64,000 bases of DNA from Hydrurus foetidus. Taxonomy: Eukaryota. A program made the position numbers and the translations under genes. Positions 53,236-63,010 of the stretch are shown piece by piece. The notes under the pieces are model-generated. The model made no database searches. It was not told where the DNA came from and worked only from the letters and a program-made list of their open reading frames with translations. The stretch's first letter is position 1. The number at the start of each line of letters is the position of its first letter. The DNA lies in contig UYFQ01000001.1 of NCBI GenBank assembly GCA_900617105.1, positions 1,612,001-1,676,000 on the forward strand. Reading direction: 5' to 3'.

Positions 53236-54159
53236 GTGAACCATTCCACCAGCATCGCCGACCGACTTTCTAACCTGCTGTACACCAAGCGCGGTTTGCT
53301 GCCGGGCGTGCTGCTGGCGCCGCCGCTGTTGTGATTTGGCATTGTGTGTTTGGGCTCGCTGCTGAGCTTGCTGGCCAACAGTTTTTTTAGGCTTCATGAT
53401 TTCACCGGCCAGATCGTTCGAGAGGTCGGGCTAGGTAACTTTATTGGAATTTTCAGCCCCACGAACCTTGATGTCTCGCTGCGCAGCACCACCATGGCCA
53501 TCGCCGTGACTGCTGCATGCATCGCGATTGGGTTTCCTATTGCTTACTACATGGCGCGCCACGCGAAAGGCTACCAAAAGGCACTGCTGTACGTCGCCAT
53601 CATGCTGCCGCTGTGGTCCAGCTACGTGGTCAGGCTGTACGGCTGGAAGCTGCTGCTGGCCAAAGTAGGCGCCATTTCCTGGGTGCTACAAAGCCTGCAG
53701 GCGCAGTGGCTGCTAGACGCCCTGCTGTCGCTGCCAGTGATAGGTGGCTCATCGCTCAGCTTTTCGCCTATGGGCACCTTTATTGTGTTTGTTTACATGT
53801 GGCTGCCTTTTATGATTTTGCCTATTCAGGCGGCGATTGAACGCATACCCGGTTCCTACCTGGAAGCGTCTGGCGACTTGGGCGCACGCCCAGCGTAAAG
53901 CTTCTGGAATGTGGTGTGGCCGCTGGCCTTGCCGGGCGTGGCAGCGGGGTCTATCTTTACCTTTTCGCTGACGCTGGGCGACTACATCATTCCGCAGGTC
54001 ATTGGCAATTCAACCCTTTAGATCGGCCAGGTGGTGTTCCGCCAGCAAGGCGTGGCGGGCAATTTACCCTTTGCTGCGGCCCTCTCGCTGGTGCCGATTG
54101 TGATCATTGCCGTGTACCTTTACCTGGCCAAACGCAAAGGTGCATTCGATGCGCTTTAG
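53236..54159 (+). pseudogene. ABC permease (YdcU-like), disrupted
   Basis: EASGDLGA loop; stops at 53332, 53896 and 54019. Confidence 0.85.
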
Positions 54160-54890
54160 TCCCGCAAAGCCTCTTTCCAGCCCCACATTGGGTGCGGGTC
54201 GCGGACTCAAGCCGTCGGTATGGGCAGGCATTTTGTTTTTGAACGTGCCGCTGGCGCTAATTATTTTGTACGCCTTCAGCAGTGAAGTCAAAAGCTATGT
54301 GTTTCCTCCGCCAGGCCTCACCACCCAGTGGTTTGCAGTGGCGATGGAAAGGCGCGACGTGTGGGACGCGATTGAGCTGTCGTTCAAAATTGCGCTGTGG
54401 GCGACCTCTATTGCTATGGTTTTAGGAACACTTGCCGCCGGTGCGCTGGCGCGTACCCCGTTTTTCGGCCGCGAGGCGATCAACCTGCTGCTGATATTGC
54501 CGATTGCCATGCCGGGCGTAATTACTGGCATCTCGCTTCGGTCGGCTCACCATTCTTTAGACATTCCCTTCAGTTTTTGGACCATCGTGATTGGCCACGC
54601 CACGTTTTGTGTGGTGGTGGTTTACAACAATGCAGTCGCCCGACTGCGGCGCATCAGCCCGTCGCTGTTAGAAGCGTCGATGGATCTGGGTGCCAACTGG
54701 CTCCAAACTTTTCGCCATGTGCTGCTGCCCCAACTTGGCACGGCCTTGTTGGCTGGCGGGCTGCTGGCGTTTGCCTTGAGCTTTGACGAAGTCATCGTCA
54801 CCACCTTTACCGCTGGCCAGCAAACCACGCTACCGATCTGGCTGCTGCAGTAGCTTATTCGGCCGCGCCAGCGCCCCGTAACCAATTTGA
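54149..54890 (+). pseudogene. ABC permease (YdcV-like), truncated
   Basis: [16 protein letters not shown] 54851-54853, then LIRPRQRPVTN and an abrupt end. Confidence 0.8.
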
Positions 54891-54891
54891 G

Positions 54892-55734
54892 CTAATTTTC
54901 GAGGCGGTAATCGCCCAGGCAGCGCGTTTTGCCATTAGTTCTTCGGGCGCAGGTATGTGCCTCGCCAGCACTCAAGTCGACCGCGCCTCTCAGGCTTACT
55001 ACGTCGGTGGGAACAAGTGTGTCGTCTTGTGTTCCGCTTCCGATCTGCCCAGCGCTGTTGCTGCCCCAGCAAAACGCGCGCCCGTCCGCCTTGAGGGCGC
55101 AGCTGTGGTAGCTGCCAATAGCCAGTAACGTTGCTGCACCCAGGCCCTGCACCTGCGTGGGTGCCTGCTTGTCAATCGTGGTGCTGTCGCCCAACTGGCC
55201 AAAGCCGTTATAGCCCCAACACCAGGTGCTGCCGTCAAACTTAAGCGCGCAGGTGTGAAAGTCTCCAGCTGCCAGCGAGGCGACGCCTGTCAGCGCCGAC
55301 ACGGTGGTTAATGTCAGTTTTTCGGCAGTAGAGTTGTCGCCCAGCTGGCCAAAAAAGTTGTTGCCTTTACAAGCAACCGTGGCATCTGGACGCAACGTGC
55401 AACTGTGCTGCAAGCCGTGCGCTTCCTTTCCACTTGCCTTGCTGGCGGCAAATACTTGGCCGGGGGAAAGCCCGCCCCGCGCGTCTGCGTTCGGAGCAAA
55501 CGACACCAGCCAGGTTAAAGCACTTTTAGCGCCTGCAGCGGCAGCTAAAGCCAGCGGCGTTAAGTCGCCAACCATTGCGGGTATGCCGCCCATTGACTCG
55601 CTGCTGCGCACAATCGCAGAGCCGAAGGGCTGGGCGTCTTTAGATGCCGCCTCGTCAATACCGCAACCAGCAAGTGCGTACAGGTAGCCCGCAGCAAACA
55701 AGCAGGCAACGCGTTTTAGCAAAACTGTTTTCAT
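54892..55734 (-). CDS. RCC1-repeat lipoprotein
   Basis: LAGC lipobox; repeated HTCAL..DG..WCWG.N..GQLGD units. Confidence 0.8.
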   Translation of the reverse strand: MKTVLLKRVACLFAAGYLYALAGCGIDEAASKDAQPFGSAIVRSSESMGGIPAMVGDLTPLALAAAAGAKSALTWLVSFAPNADARGGLSPGQVFAASKASGKEAHGLQHSCTLRPDATVACKGNNFFGQLGDNSTAEKLTLTTVSALTGVASLAAGDFHTCALKFDGSTWCWGYNGFGQLGDSTTIDKQAPTQVQGLGAATLLAIGSYHSCALKADGRAFCWGSNSAGQIGSGTQDDTLVPTDVVSLRGAVDLSAGEAHTCARRTNGKTRCLGDYRLEN

Positions 55735-56077
55735 AAAACACCTAAAAAGTTGGCGAGGGTGCCGGTCAAACCCTCAAGCAATGCGGCAAAACATTCAGCG
55801 TTACCGATGGCCTGCAGCAAAGTTGCAGCAAAACAAATAACGCTAAAAATTTACTTTAGTTAAGCCGTACGCGGCTGTGCATTCCCCCTAGGGGTAAGTC
55901 GACCTGTCTTTTTTGTAAGCAGCGGTTTTCTGGTTGTGGTCTCGCCCTTTGGCTGTGGTGCAGGCTAGCGGCGCTCATGCACGGGCATTGGTCAGCGACC
56001 AGTCAAAGCTGAGGCTGATGTGATTTCGGTTTGCTAGGCATTCAACCCGCACCGAGAAAAATTAACGCCGCACAAAC

Positions 56078-56131
56078 GCTATTAAAAGAGTAGCTGCTCG
56101 CGCCCCTATTTATTTAGTTTTAGTCACTATT
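56078..56131 (+). repeat. Family-1 element (second hairpin degenerate)
   Basis: GCTATTAAAAGAGTAGCTGCTCGCGCCCC. Confidence 0.75.
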
Positions 56132-56207
56132 TTTCTGAAAATACGAGCGCCAGCAACGCCAGCCATAATCAAGGGTTAACAGTACCCCGTTGCCAAAAGG
56201 ATTCGCC

Positions 56208-57680
56208 ATGGACATGAAGACTTCGCCTATTTCCCTGCTTAACGACCCCACCCTGCTTAAAACCGATGCATTGATCAATGGTCAATGGATTGCAGGCAGC
56301 AACCGCTTCGACGTGAATGACCCCGCCACTGGCTTGAAGTTGGCTGATGTCGCCAACCTGGGCGCGCAAGCCGCGACCGATGCCATAGCAGCAGCCAATG
56401 CCGCCTGGCCCGCCTGGCGCAAAAAAACCGGCAAAGAACGCCACGCGATTTTGATGAAATGGTTCACATTGCTAATGGCCAACCAAGACGACTTGGCCCG
56501 CATCATGACGGCCGAGCAAGGCAAACCATTTGCCGAGGCCAAAGGCGAAATTGCTTACGGCGCCAGCTTTGTCGAATGGTTTGCGGAAGAAGCCAAACGC
56601 ATCAATGGAGAAACCCTGCCCCAGTTCGACAACAACCGCCGCTTGGCAGTGTTGAAAGAACCTATCGGCGTTTGCGCGGCCATTACGCCGTGGAACTTTC
56701 CATTGGCCATGATTACCCGAAAGGTGGCCCCCGCACTGGCCGCAGGTTGCCCAGTCGTCATCAAGCCCGCAGAGCTCACGCCGTTGACGGCGCTGGCTGC
56801 GGCAGAGCTGGCGATTCGCGCAGGCATTCCGGCAGGTGTGTTGAACGTGGTGACCAGCACCCACAGCTCAGAAATTGGCAAGGTGCTGTGCGACAGCCCG
56901 GTTGTACGGCATTTAAGCTTCACCGGTTCGACGGAAGTTGGTCGTATTTTGATGGCGCAGTGCGCACCGACCGTTAAAAAACTTGCGCTCGAACTCGGCG
57001 GTAACGCCCCGTTTATTGTGTTCGACGATGCGGATGTTGACTCTGCCGTTGACGGTGCCATGGCCAGCAAATACCGCAATGCTGGACAGACCTGCGTATG
57101 CGCCAACCGCATTTACGTACAAGACGGCGTGTATGACCAATTCGTTGAAAAGTTCACTGCAAAAGTCAAAGGCCTGAAGGTCGGCAACGGATTTGCAGAC
57201 GGCGTTACCACCGGCCCTTTGATTGAGAACAAAGCTGTTGCCAAAGTAGCGCAGCATGTAGCAGACGCCATTGCCAAAGGCGGCAAGCTTCTGACGGGTG
57301 GCCACCAGCTCAACGGGCAGTTTTTTGAGCCCACCGTTATCGGCGACGCTACCGCTGACATGCTGTGCGCCAAGCAAGAAACCTTTGGCCCATTTGCGCC
57401 AGTGTTCAGGTTCAAAACCGATCAAGAGGCGATCGACGCCGCCAACAACACTGAATTCGGTTTGGCCAGCTACTTTTACAGCCGCGACATAGGGCGAATT
57501 TACCGCGTGGCTGAAGCACTCGAATACGGCATGGTTGGTATCAATGTCGGCGTGATTGCTACTGAGCACGTGCCGTTTGGCGGCGTCAAGCAGTCCGGTT
57601 TGGGCCGCGAAGGGTCGCGCCACGGCATGGAGGAATATCTTGAAATGAAGTACCTGTGCATGGGAGACATTCAGAAATGA
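56208..57680 (+). CDS. gabD: Succinate-semialdehyde dehydrogenase
   Basis: ITPWNFP, FTGSTEVG, LELGGNAP, NAGQTCVC, FGGVKQSG. Confidence 0.93.
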   Translation: MDMKTSPISLLNDPTLLKTDALINGQWIAGSNRFDVNDPATGLKLADVANLGAQAATDAIAAANAAWPAWRKKTGKERHAILMKWFTLLMANQDDLARIMTAEQGKPFAEAKGEIAYGASFVEWFAEEAKRINGETLPQFDNNRRLAVLKEPIGVCAAITPWNFPLAMITRKVAPALAAGCPVVIKPAELTPLTALAAAELAIRAGIPAGVLNVVTSTHSSEIGKVLCDSPVVRHLSFTGSTEVGRILMAQCAPTVKKLALELGGNAPFIVFDDADVDSAVDGAMASKYRNAGQTCVCANRIYVQDGVYDQFVEKFTAKVKGLKVGNGFADGVTTGPLIENKAVAKVAQHVADAIAKGGKLLTGGHQLNGQFFEPTVIGDATADMLCAKQETFGPFAPVFRFKTDQEAIDAANNTEFGLASYFYSRDIGRIYRVAEALEYGMVGINVGVIATEHVPFGGVKQSGLGREGSRHGMEEYLEMKYLCMGDIQK

Positions 57681-58132
57681 ACGCTAAAAACCTGAGTTGT
57701 TCTGCAATGATGGCTTTTGTCATGGCGTTGACGGCAGGCTTGACCATGGCCTTTGCGCCAGTGGCTTCTGCACAAACTGCCGCACCGCCTAAAGCCAGGC
57801 TGGTGCTGCAGGTCAGCGACGCCGAGCCCGCTAAATGGGCGCTGGCCCTGAACAACGCCAAAAACGTTCAGGCTGAAATGGGCGCGGCCAATGTCGACAT
57901 TGAGATCGTCGCCTACGGCCCCGGCATCGGCATGCTTAAAGACGATGCGCTTGTAGGCAATCGCGTCACCGAAGTGGTTCAGGCGGGTGTCAAAGTGGTG
58001 GCCTGCGAAAACACCATGACTGCACAAAAGCTGACCAAAGCAGACATGAATCCGGCCGCCAGTTACGCCCCGTCGGGCGTGGTGCAAATCATAAAAAGGC
58101 AACGCGAAGGCTGGGCCTACGTGCGGCCCTAG
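57677..58132 (+). CDS. Exported DsrE-family protein
   Basis: Signal peptide, IEIVAYGPG, VACENT, GWAYVRP. Confidence 0.8.
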   Translation: MNAKNLSCSAMMAFVMALTAGLTMAFAPVASAQTAAPPKARLVLQVSDAEPAKWALALNNAKNVQAEMGAANVDIEIVAYGPGIGMLKDDALVGNRVTEVVQAGVKVVACENTMTAQKLTKADMNPAASYAPSGVVQIIKRQREGWAYVRP

Positions 58133-58188
58133 CTGCGGCCCTGCTCCAGCAAGTCACCAAAAGCCGACGGTCTACAATTGAAAAGTGT

Positions 58189-58211
58189 GCGGGTGTAGTT
58201 CAATGGCAGAA
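58189..58211 (+). pseudogene. 5' fragment of tRNA-Gly, putative attachment site
   Basis: GCGGGTGTAGTTCAATGGCAGAA after a TACAAT -10 box; no anticodon or T arm follows. Confidence 0.7.
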
Positions 58212-58409
58212 ATACCCCACCATTGCCCGCCACCCTAAGTCTTTGATATATATAGACTTATTTCTATTTTCATCCGAAACTACAGGTCGCAACTGCCCCT
58301 TCAATGTGACCCACCAATCGTAACGCTAAGCGCCTCAATCTACCCACGTTAAACCGTGGCAGTTTTCCATTCAAATGCATCCTTGTGCCTAGTGCTGTTG
58401 TGGAGCACC

Positions 58410-59378
58410 TTAGGCACCATCGTCGTCGGCATCTTCTTCTTTTTTAATGGCTATCTCTTCTAAGGTTTGCCCCTGTCGGTCTAGCAACTCCCAAAGATCA
58501 GAATAGAAAAAGTGGTCGATGGTTTTGATGTGCTGCGAAAGTAGCGCATCTGAAACCATGTTGGGCCTAATGTCGCAGTAATAAACGCCGTCCAATGGGT
58601 TCAGCTTTACCGTGTACGCCTTGAAATGTCCGGGCAAAAACGTGGCGCTGACTCCGTATTCATTTTCTCGCTTTGCCTTTTTCCGCTGAACATCGTTCAG
58701 GAAAATTGCGATGTGGGGAAGGGCAGTATCAGTCAGGCGGTTATAAAGAAACTTGTCCATGAAGACCTTATCAATTCGGTCTTTACTAGAAGTTTTCACA
58801 GAGCCAATGATTTTCAGTTCGTCATCTTTGCTCAATAGCAAATCATGCTGATAGCTGGATTTAAAAAGCTCGGTTCCATCAACATCTTTCACTGGGACTT
58901 GCATCGTTCCTGATACACAATCGACATTAAGGGACACGATCAGCAAACGAATAAGACGCTCAAATAAATCACCATTCACTTTCCTAGCTTGATTTGACTT
59001 CCCGGCAGGCAGTCCATCCAGTGCGGCTCCAATTGATTGTTGAAGCGTGTAGATGGTCCGAATCAGGTTTTCTCGCAAATCGCCCGATGGCCGCTGACCA
59101 TCTTTCAATTGCTCAAGTGTCATGCTGAACTGCTGCGCCGCTTGGGCGAAACCTTCAGCGTCGTACATCAAGCGCGAATTTAGCGGTCGCGTTATGTTGA
59201 AACTACCCTCTTGCCGGTACTGGAAAAATTGATAGTGGCTTTCGTTCTGTGACACGATACGCGCCTGCAATCCACTATCAATGTACTCCAAGTAACGAGC
59301 GCAAAAATCAATGTAATTCTCGACGGTATGAAACCGTTCTTTGTCTGTAACGTGACTTACCAAATCGGAAAAACTCAT
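58410..59378 (-). CDS. Putative type II restriction endonuclease (PD-(D/E)xK)
   Basis: GDLFE...HDLLL...GSVKTSSKDR; ATGA overlap with the methyltransferase. Confidence 0.75.
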   Translation of the reverse strand: MSFSDLVSHVTDKERFHTVENYIDFCARYLEYIDSGLQARIVSQNESHYQFFQYRQEGSFNITRPLNSRLMYDAEGFAQAAQQFSMTLEQLKDGQRPSGDLRENLIRTIYTLQQSIGAALDGLPAGKSNQARKVNGDLFERLIRLLIVSLNVDCVSGTMQVPVKDVDGTELFKSSYQHDLLLSKDDELKIIGSVKTSSKDRIDKVFMDKFLYNRLTDTALPHIAIFLNDVQRKKAKRENEYGVSATFLPGHFKAYTVKLNPLDGVYYCDIRPNMVSDALLSQHIKTIDHFFYSDLWELLDRQGQTLEEIAIKKEEDADDDGA

Positions 59379-60376
59379 CGGATAGATTCCCTTTGTTTTG
59401 CTGTTTTTCGGTCGTGTGCTATCCATTCGTCCTTCGTCATACGTCGCACGCTTTTAAGCCGTTCAATTGCCCACTGGTTGTATTGTCCGTCAAGATCGCA
59501 AGCCATCCACTGACGATTAAGCTGCTCAGCAACAACGGCGGTAGTGCCCGAGCCGGAAAATGGGTCAATGACTAGATCGCCCTCATTTGACGAGGCCAGA
59601 ACAAACTTACGCACCAACTCTTCAGGCTTTTGTGTCGGGTGTGGAGTCTTTTCGCCCATGCCGTTGCATGTGGTCGGAATATCCAACACGTCCTTTGGCT
59701 TCGCCCCTTTGGGGTGCGGTGTCCAATTGTCGCGTTGCTTGTTTGCGCCCTTGCCATAAGCGCTTGTCTCTGCCTGCGGATGGGACGGATATTTCAGCGT
59801 GTGCGCCCCATAAGGGGTGCGCACATCATCGACATTCAGCTTCGCCGCGTCCGATTTCCTGAAATGAATGATGCTCTCATGCGAGCGCCCCCATTCACTA
59901 CCCAAATTCGCTTTGTTTTTGTAGTGCCAAATAAGCCACCGGCAATGCTTGAAATACTTTGATGCCGGGTGCTTCAAATCAGCCAGAATTTCAGAGAAAC
60001 CACACACATACAAAGACCCTGTAGGCTTCAATACCCGTGAGGCTTGCGTTATCCACTTGATAGACCATTCAATGTACTTTTCTTGGCTCTCAAAGTTATC
60101 CCAATCGGCCTTTTTAATGTTGTACGGTGGGTCTGCAAAAACAAGATCGACGCTTGCATCGCCAAGAGACTTAAGCCAATCAAACGAATTACCTTGATAC
60201 AAGCGCCCATTCGGGTGCTCATATTGCAGTTGAAAGCCTTCCGTTACTGGCTCAAAGCCTCGGGACTTCTCAAGCGCACGGACTTCATGGGTTACCCCTA
60301 AGGCAAGTCCAGCATCCGCGCTACTAACTCGCACTGTTTCAATTGTTTTGTCCATCACAACCCCTTCACTCGTCAC
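59375..60376 (-). CDS. Beta-class N6A/N4C DNA methyltransferase
   Basis: DPPY precedes HPTQKP and DPFSGSGTT. Confidence 0.93.
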   Translation of the reverse strand: MTSEGVVMDKTIETVRVSSADAGLALGVTHEVRALEKSRGFEPVTEGFQLQYEHPNGRLYQGNSFDWLKSLGDASVDLVFADPPYNIKKADWDNFESQEKYIEWSIKWITQASRVLKPTGSLYVCGFSEILADLKHPASKYFKHCRWLIWHYKNKANLGSEWGRSHESIIHFRKSDAAKLNVDDVRTPYGAHTLKYPSHPQAETSAYGKGANKQRDNWTPHPKGAKPKDVLDIPTTCNGMGEKTPHPTQKPEELVRKFVLASSNEGDLVIDPFSGSGTTAVVAEQLNRQWMACDLDGQYNQWAIERLKSVRRMTKDEWIAHDRKTAKQRESIR

Positions 60377-60424
60377 TGCATACCTTACGCTGTATCGTTT
60401 GTAGCCAAAGCGTCCATGTCTCCA

Positions 60425-61498
60425 TCAGACAAGCGCTTTGGAAGCCGCGCCAACTCTAGCCATTTGTCTAACTGTATGAGTTATATGGGTGTTTTGGTCA
60501 ATCGTTACCCAGTCTTCAAGACGTTTGAAAGCATGGCCACCTTGCGCCGCCGAAACGATATTTTCCCCACCCCAGCAGTCCCCGTGCCTGAACTGCTCAC
60601 TGTTACTGAGCAGCTTGGATAAGTTCCTATGCTGGGTCGTGTCGCTGACCCACCGACTGCCCTTCACGATGATCCATGCTTTGTCAGTTGCGTAACGAAT
60701 TTTGGCCGCAGGTTTGATAGTTTTGGGATCAAAGTCAAAGTAGCCGGGATGGATGACTCCATAGTCTGCATAGTCAATATCAGGGTAGTTCTTGGCAAGC
60801 AATTCCCAAACCAAAAAGTCCCGGCGGGGCACCGACTTCAGCGCTCCTTTTTTTACTTTTCCCATGTCACTGATGAAAGCGGAAGCGCAAAAAACAATCC
60901 GCAGAGGCTTCATTTTCCGAACCTCAGCGAGGGCGCGAACAAATCGCGTTTGGACGGCGTCAGAATCAATGTTTTCAATTGACCTGAAATCCAAAAATAC
61001 ATGAAGGGGCAGGTCAGATGCTCCCACCTCAGAAACCAGCCTTGAAACCCTCTCAACGAGCGTGCTCGGCAATTGCATGTCTTCGCTACCAAGGCGGACC
61101 GCAATTGCATCAACTCCAGCGGCCACTTCCCGCCTGGTAGCCAGCTTGTACGCCATGTCTCGTTCAATTCCGATAACAGGGATAGCGTCAATCCGATCAA
61201 ACCTGATCTTTTCATGAACGATGTTGACTGGATGCGCCCCCTCGTATCCACGCGCCGCTGGATCAATGTCATAGAGATCTACATAGCAATGCCCGCGTCC
61301 ATTCCATGCGGCGGAAATGTTGATCGCCTGCTTCTCCAGAAACGTATGAACGTCATTGCCGTTTTCCAAACCTGACTTCAACGCAAGCACGTCAAAAAAA
61401 GGAATTATTTGAGACTTGATTTTCCGATCAAGCCGAATAACTGCTTTCGCTTCGCCCTGCTTGGATTTAAGCATTGGGGTATAGATGGGATCGGTCAT
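60425..61498 (-). CDS. Beta-family protein (T4 Beta-like)
   Basis: YTPMLKSKQGE..A, YADYGVIHP, KIRYAT..AWIIVKG, WVTIDQNTHI. Confidence 0.75.
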   Translation of the reverse strand: MTDPIYTPMLKSKQGEAKAVIRLDRKIKSQIIPFFDVLALKSGLENGNDVHTFLEKQAINISAAWNGRGHCYVDLYDIDPAARGYEGAHPVNIVHEKIRFDRIDAIPVIGIERDMAYKLATRREVAAGVDAIAVRLGSEDMQLPSTLVERVSRLVSEVGASDLPLHVFLDFRSIENIDSDAVQTRFVRALAEVRKMKPLRIVFCASAFISDMGKVKKGALKSVPRRDFLVWELLAKNYPDIDYADYGVIHPGYFDFDPKTIKPAAKIRYATDKAWIIVKGSRWVSDTTQHRNLSKLLSNSEQFRHGDCWGGENIVSAAQGGHAFKRLEDWVTIDQNTHITHTVRQMARVGAASKALV

Positions 61499-62706
61499 GC
61501 TTCACCTTCGTCGGGAGGAATGTTGAAAACGTCTTTAATGTTCTGTCCGGCACCAAACTCTTTAAGAATCTTGTAGTTGCTGGTTTCGCGTTGAATTCGT
61601 CCAGCCACAATGGAGGGATGAATCAACAGAGAGTCTGCCAACCTCACCACGGCATCAGCCCTTTTTGTCCTGAGCGCTTCGCTTGTCTGCCAAATGTGGC
61701 GAGGAATGAAGGCCTCCGCCGCAAGAATATTTGCCTCAGCCTCGCGTTCATCTTCGTTATCAAGATTGTCTTCATCCACGAAAGCAGAACATTGACGGGT
61801 CAAATGACGCTGTACATGAATCAATTCATGCATGAGCGTGAACCAAAAATAGTCAATTCTGCTGAAGCGTAAGGTCAGACCGATCACGGGCGTACCGTCC
61901 TGGTCCAGCATTGCAGCGCCATCCAGCTTTGTTTTCGGCAAGTGAGGTTCTATCACCAGAACCACCCCTTTCATGGCCAAGAACTCAGCGGCAAGCTTCG
62001 GCCCGTCAACAGACCTACTTAGTTTTGCCAGTTGCTTAAGAAATTCGTCTGTGATTGAACCGGGTACATAACGCACCTCGGGCTTCTTCAGATCACGTGC
62101 CCGTATCAATACACGGGCAACCCAAGCGTAGATTGCATACTGGTTTTCTTCTTTGGTCACACCAGTAAGAGTTTTTCTGAGAAGTACCGGCGCACTTTGA
62201 ATAGAGGTACGACTAAAAAACGAGCGGATAAGTTGCTCGCCACTCTTACCCTCAGCAAGTTCTGCGTCGAACCAGCCCCGCTTCTGCATTTCCTTGATCG
62301 GGAATTTTTTCCAATCAACATTAGCAGTATCAGCCTCATCGTGTTTGGGATGACCGATCAGAATTTCAGCGGGAATTTTCAACTGCTCATGAATTGCCCG
62401 AATCATCTCAATTGTCAGCCCACGCTTGCGCGCCAAGACCTCAGACGCACGACTAGGACTACCAACGATTCGCGCAAAGTCTTTTTGCTTCAGACCCAGT
62501 TCCGCAAGACGATAGACAATCGCCTCAATAGGATCTGGCGCTTCAAATTTGAAACGTGTTTCCTCAAATTTTTCAAGCAAAACCGAAATAACGGCGAGCC
62601 GTTCGGCTTCACGACTACCTAGCATGGGATCAGAAAACGCCAGCTCCTTAGCTTGCTCAAGGAGAATGCCGTACTGAAGTTCGTCTCTAATTACTCGGAG
62701 TTCCAT
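61495..62706 (-). CDS. HigA-type XRE-HTH fused to ImmA/IrrE metallopeptidase
   Basis: PDPIEAI, SRASEVL..KRGLT, FWFTLMHELIH, EAEAN. Confidence 0.9.
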   Translation of the reverse strand: MELRVIRDELQYGILLEQAKELAFSDPMLGSREAERLAVISVLLEKFEETRFKFEAPDPIEAIVYRLAELGLKQKDFARIVGSPSRASEVLARKRGLTIEMIRAIHEQLKIPAEILIGHPKHDEADTANVDWKKFPIKEMQKRGWFDAELAEGKSGEQLIRSFFSRTSIQSAPVLLRKTLTGVTKEENQYAIYAWVARVLIRARDLKKPEVRYVPGSITDEFLKQLAKLSRSVDGPKLAAEFLAMKGVVLVIEPHLPKTKLDGAAMLDQDGTPVIGLTLRFSRIDYFWFTLMHELIHVQRHLTRQCSAFVDEDNLDNEDEREAEANILAAEAFIPRHIWQTSEALRTKRADAVVRLADSLLIHPSIVAGRIQRETSNYKILKEFGAGQNIKDVFNIPPDEGEA

Positions 62707-62707
62707 C

Positions 62708-62992
62708 TTATGGACCCTGGAGCTGGGTTGCATGGGCTTCGTTAACTGCAAGCACGATTAGAATTCCATTGTTGAATGCGATCTGAGTTGTGATGACACA
62801 GTTGATCGCAACGGGGTAAAAGCAAGCCATTTTTGGCGTCAGGAACTTGACCGCCGGAAAGCAGGAACTCACCTCTGACTTGTCAGCCCATGTTGCCCTC
62901 TGGCTGATCGCCTGCCACATGGCGAGCGCCGTTCTGGCGGCGGGAAAATGCCTGCTGTGAGTGGTGATATGCTCGCGGCCAATCAAGATCAT
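62708..62992 (-). CDS. Divergent HigB-like toxin
   Basis: MILIGR...AARTALAMW...ATW; 94 aa, directly upstream of the HigA-like gene. Confidence 0.65.
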   Translation of the reverse strand: MILIGREHITTHSRHFPAARTALAMWQAISQRATWADKSEVSSCFPAVKFLTPKMACFYPVAINCVITTQIAFNNGILIVLAVNEAHATQLQGP

Positions 62993-63010
62993 GGGAGAAG
63001 CATAGCACAT

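Noticed and set aside
49688..54890. Stop-codon reassignment or selenocysteine read-through
   Set aside because: All three stop types occur together with frameshifts, and neighbouring core genes use the standard code.
55735..56075. c-di-GMP or other riboswitch upstream of the RCC1 gene
   Set aside because: Only a GCAAACC-like fragment is present; the rest of the consensus was not seen.
569..56131. CRISPR array or integron attC interpretation of the recurring repeat
   Set aside because: Copies are dispersed, degenerate and often intragenic; there are no regular spacers, cas genes, intI or GTTRRRY/RYYYAAC ends.
7574..57623. Long antisense ORFs such as 7574-8416, 11658-12761, 47658-48524 and 56913-57623
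   Set aside because: They are shadows of well-supported genes in GC-rich DNA.
58189..58265. Intact tRNA-Gly
   Set aside because: No anticodon arm, GTTCGA T-loop or CCA at the expected spacing.
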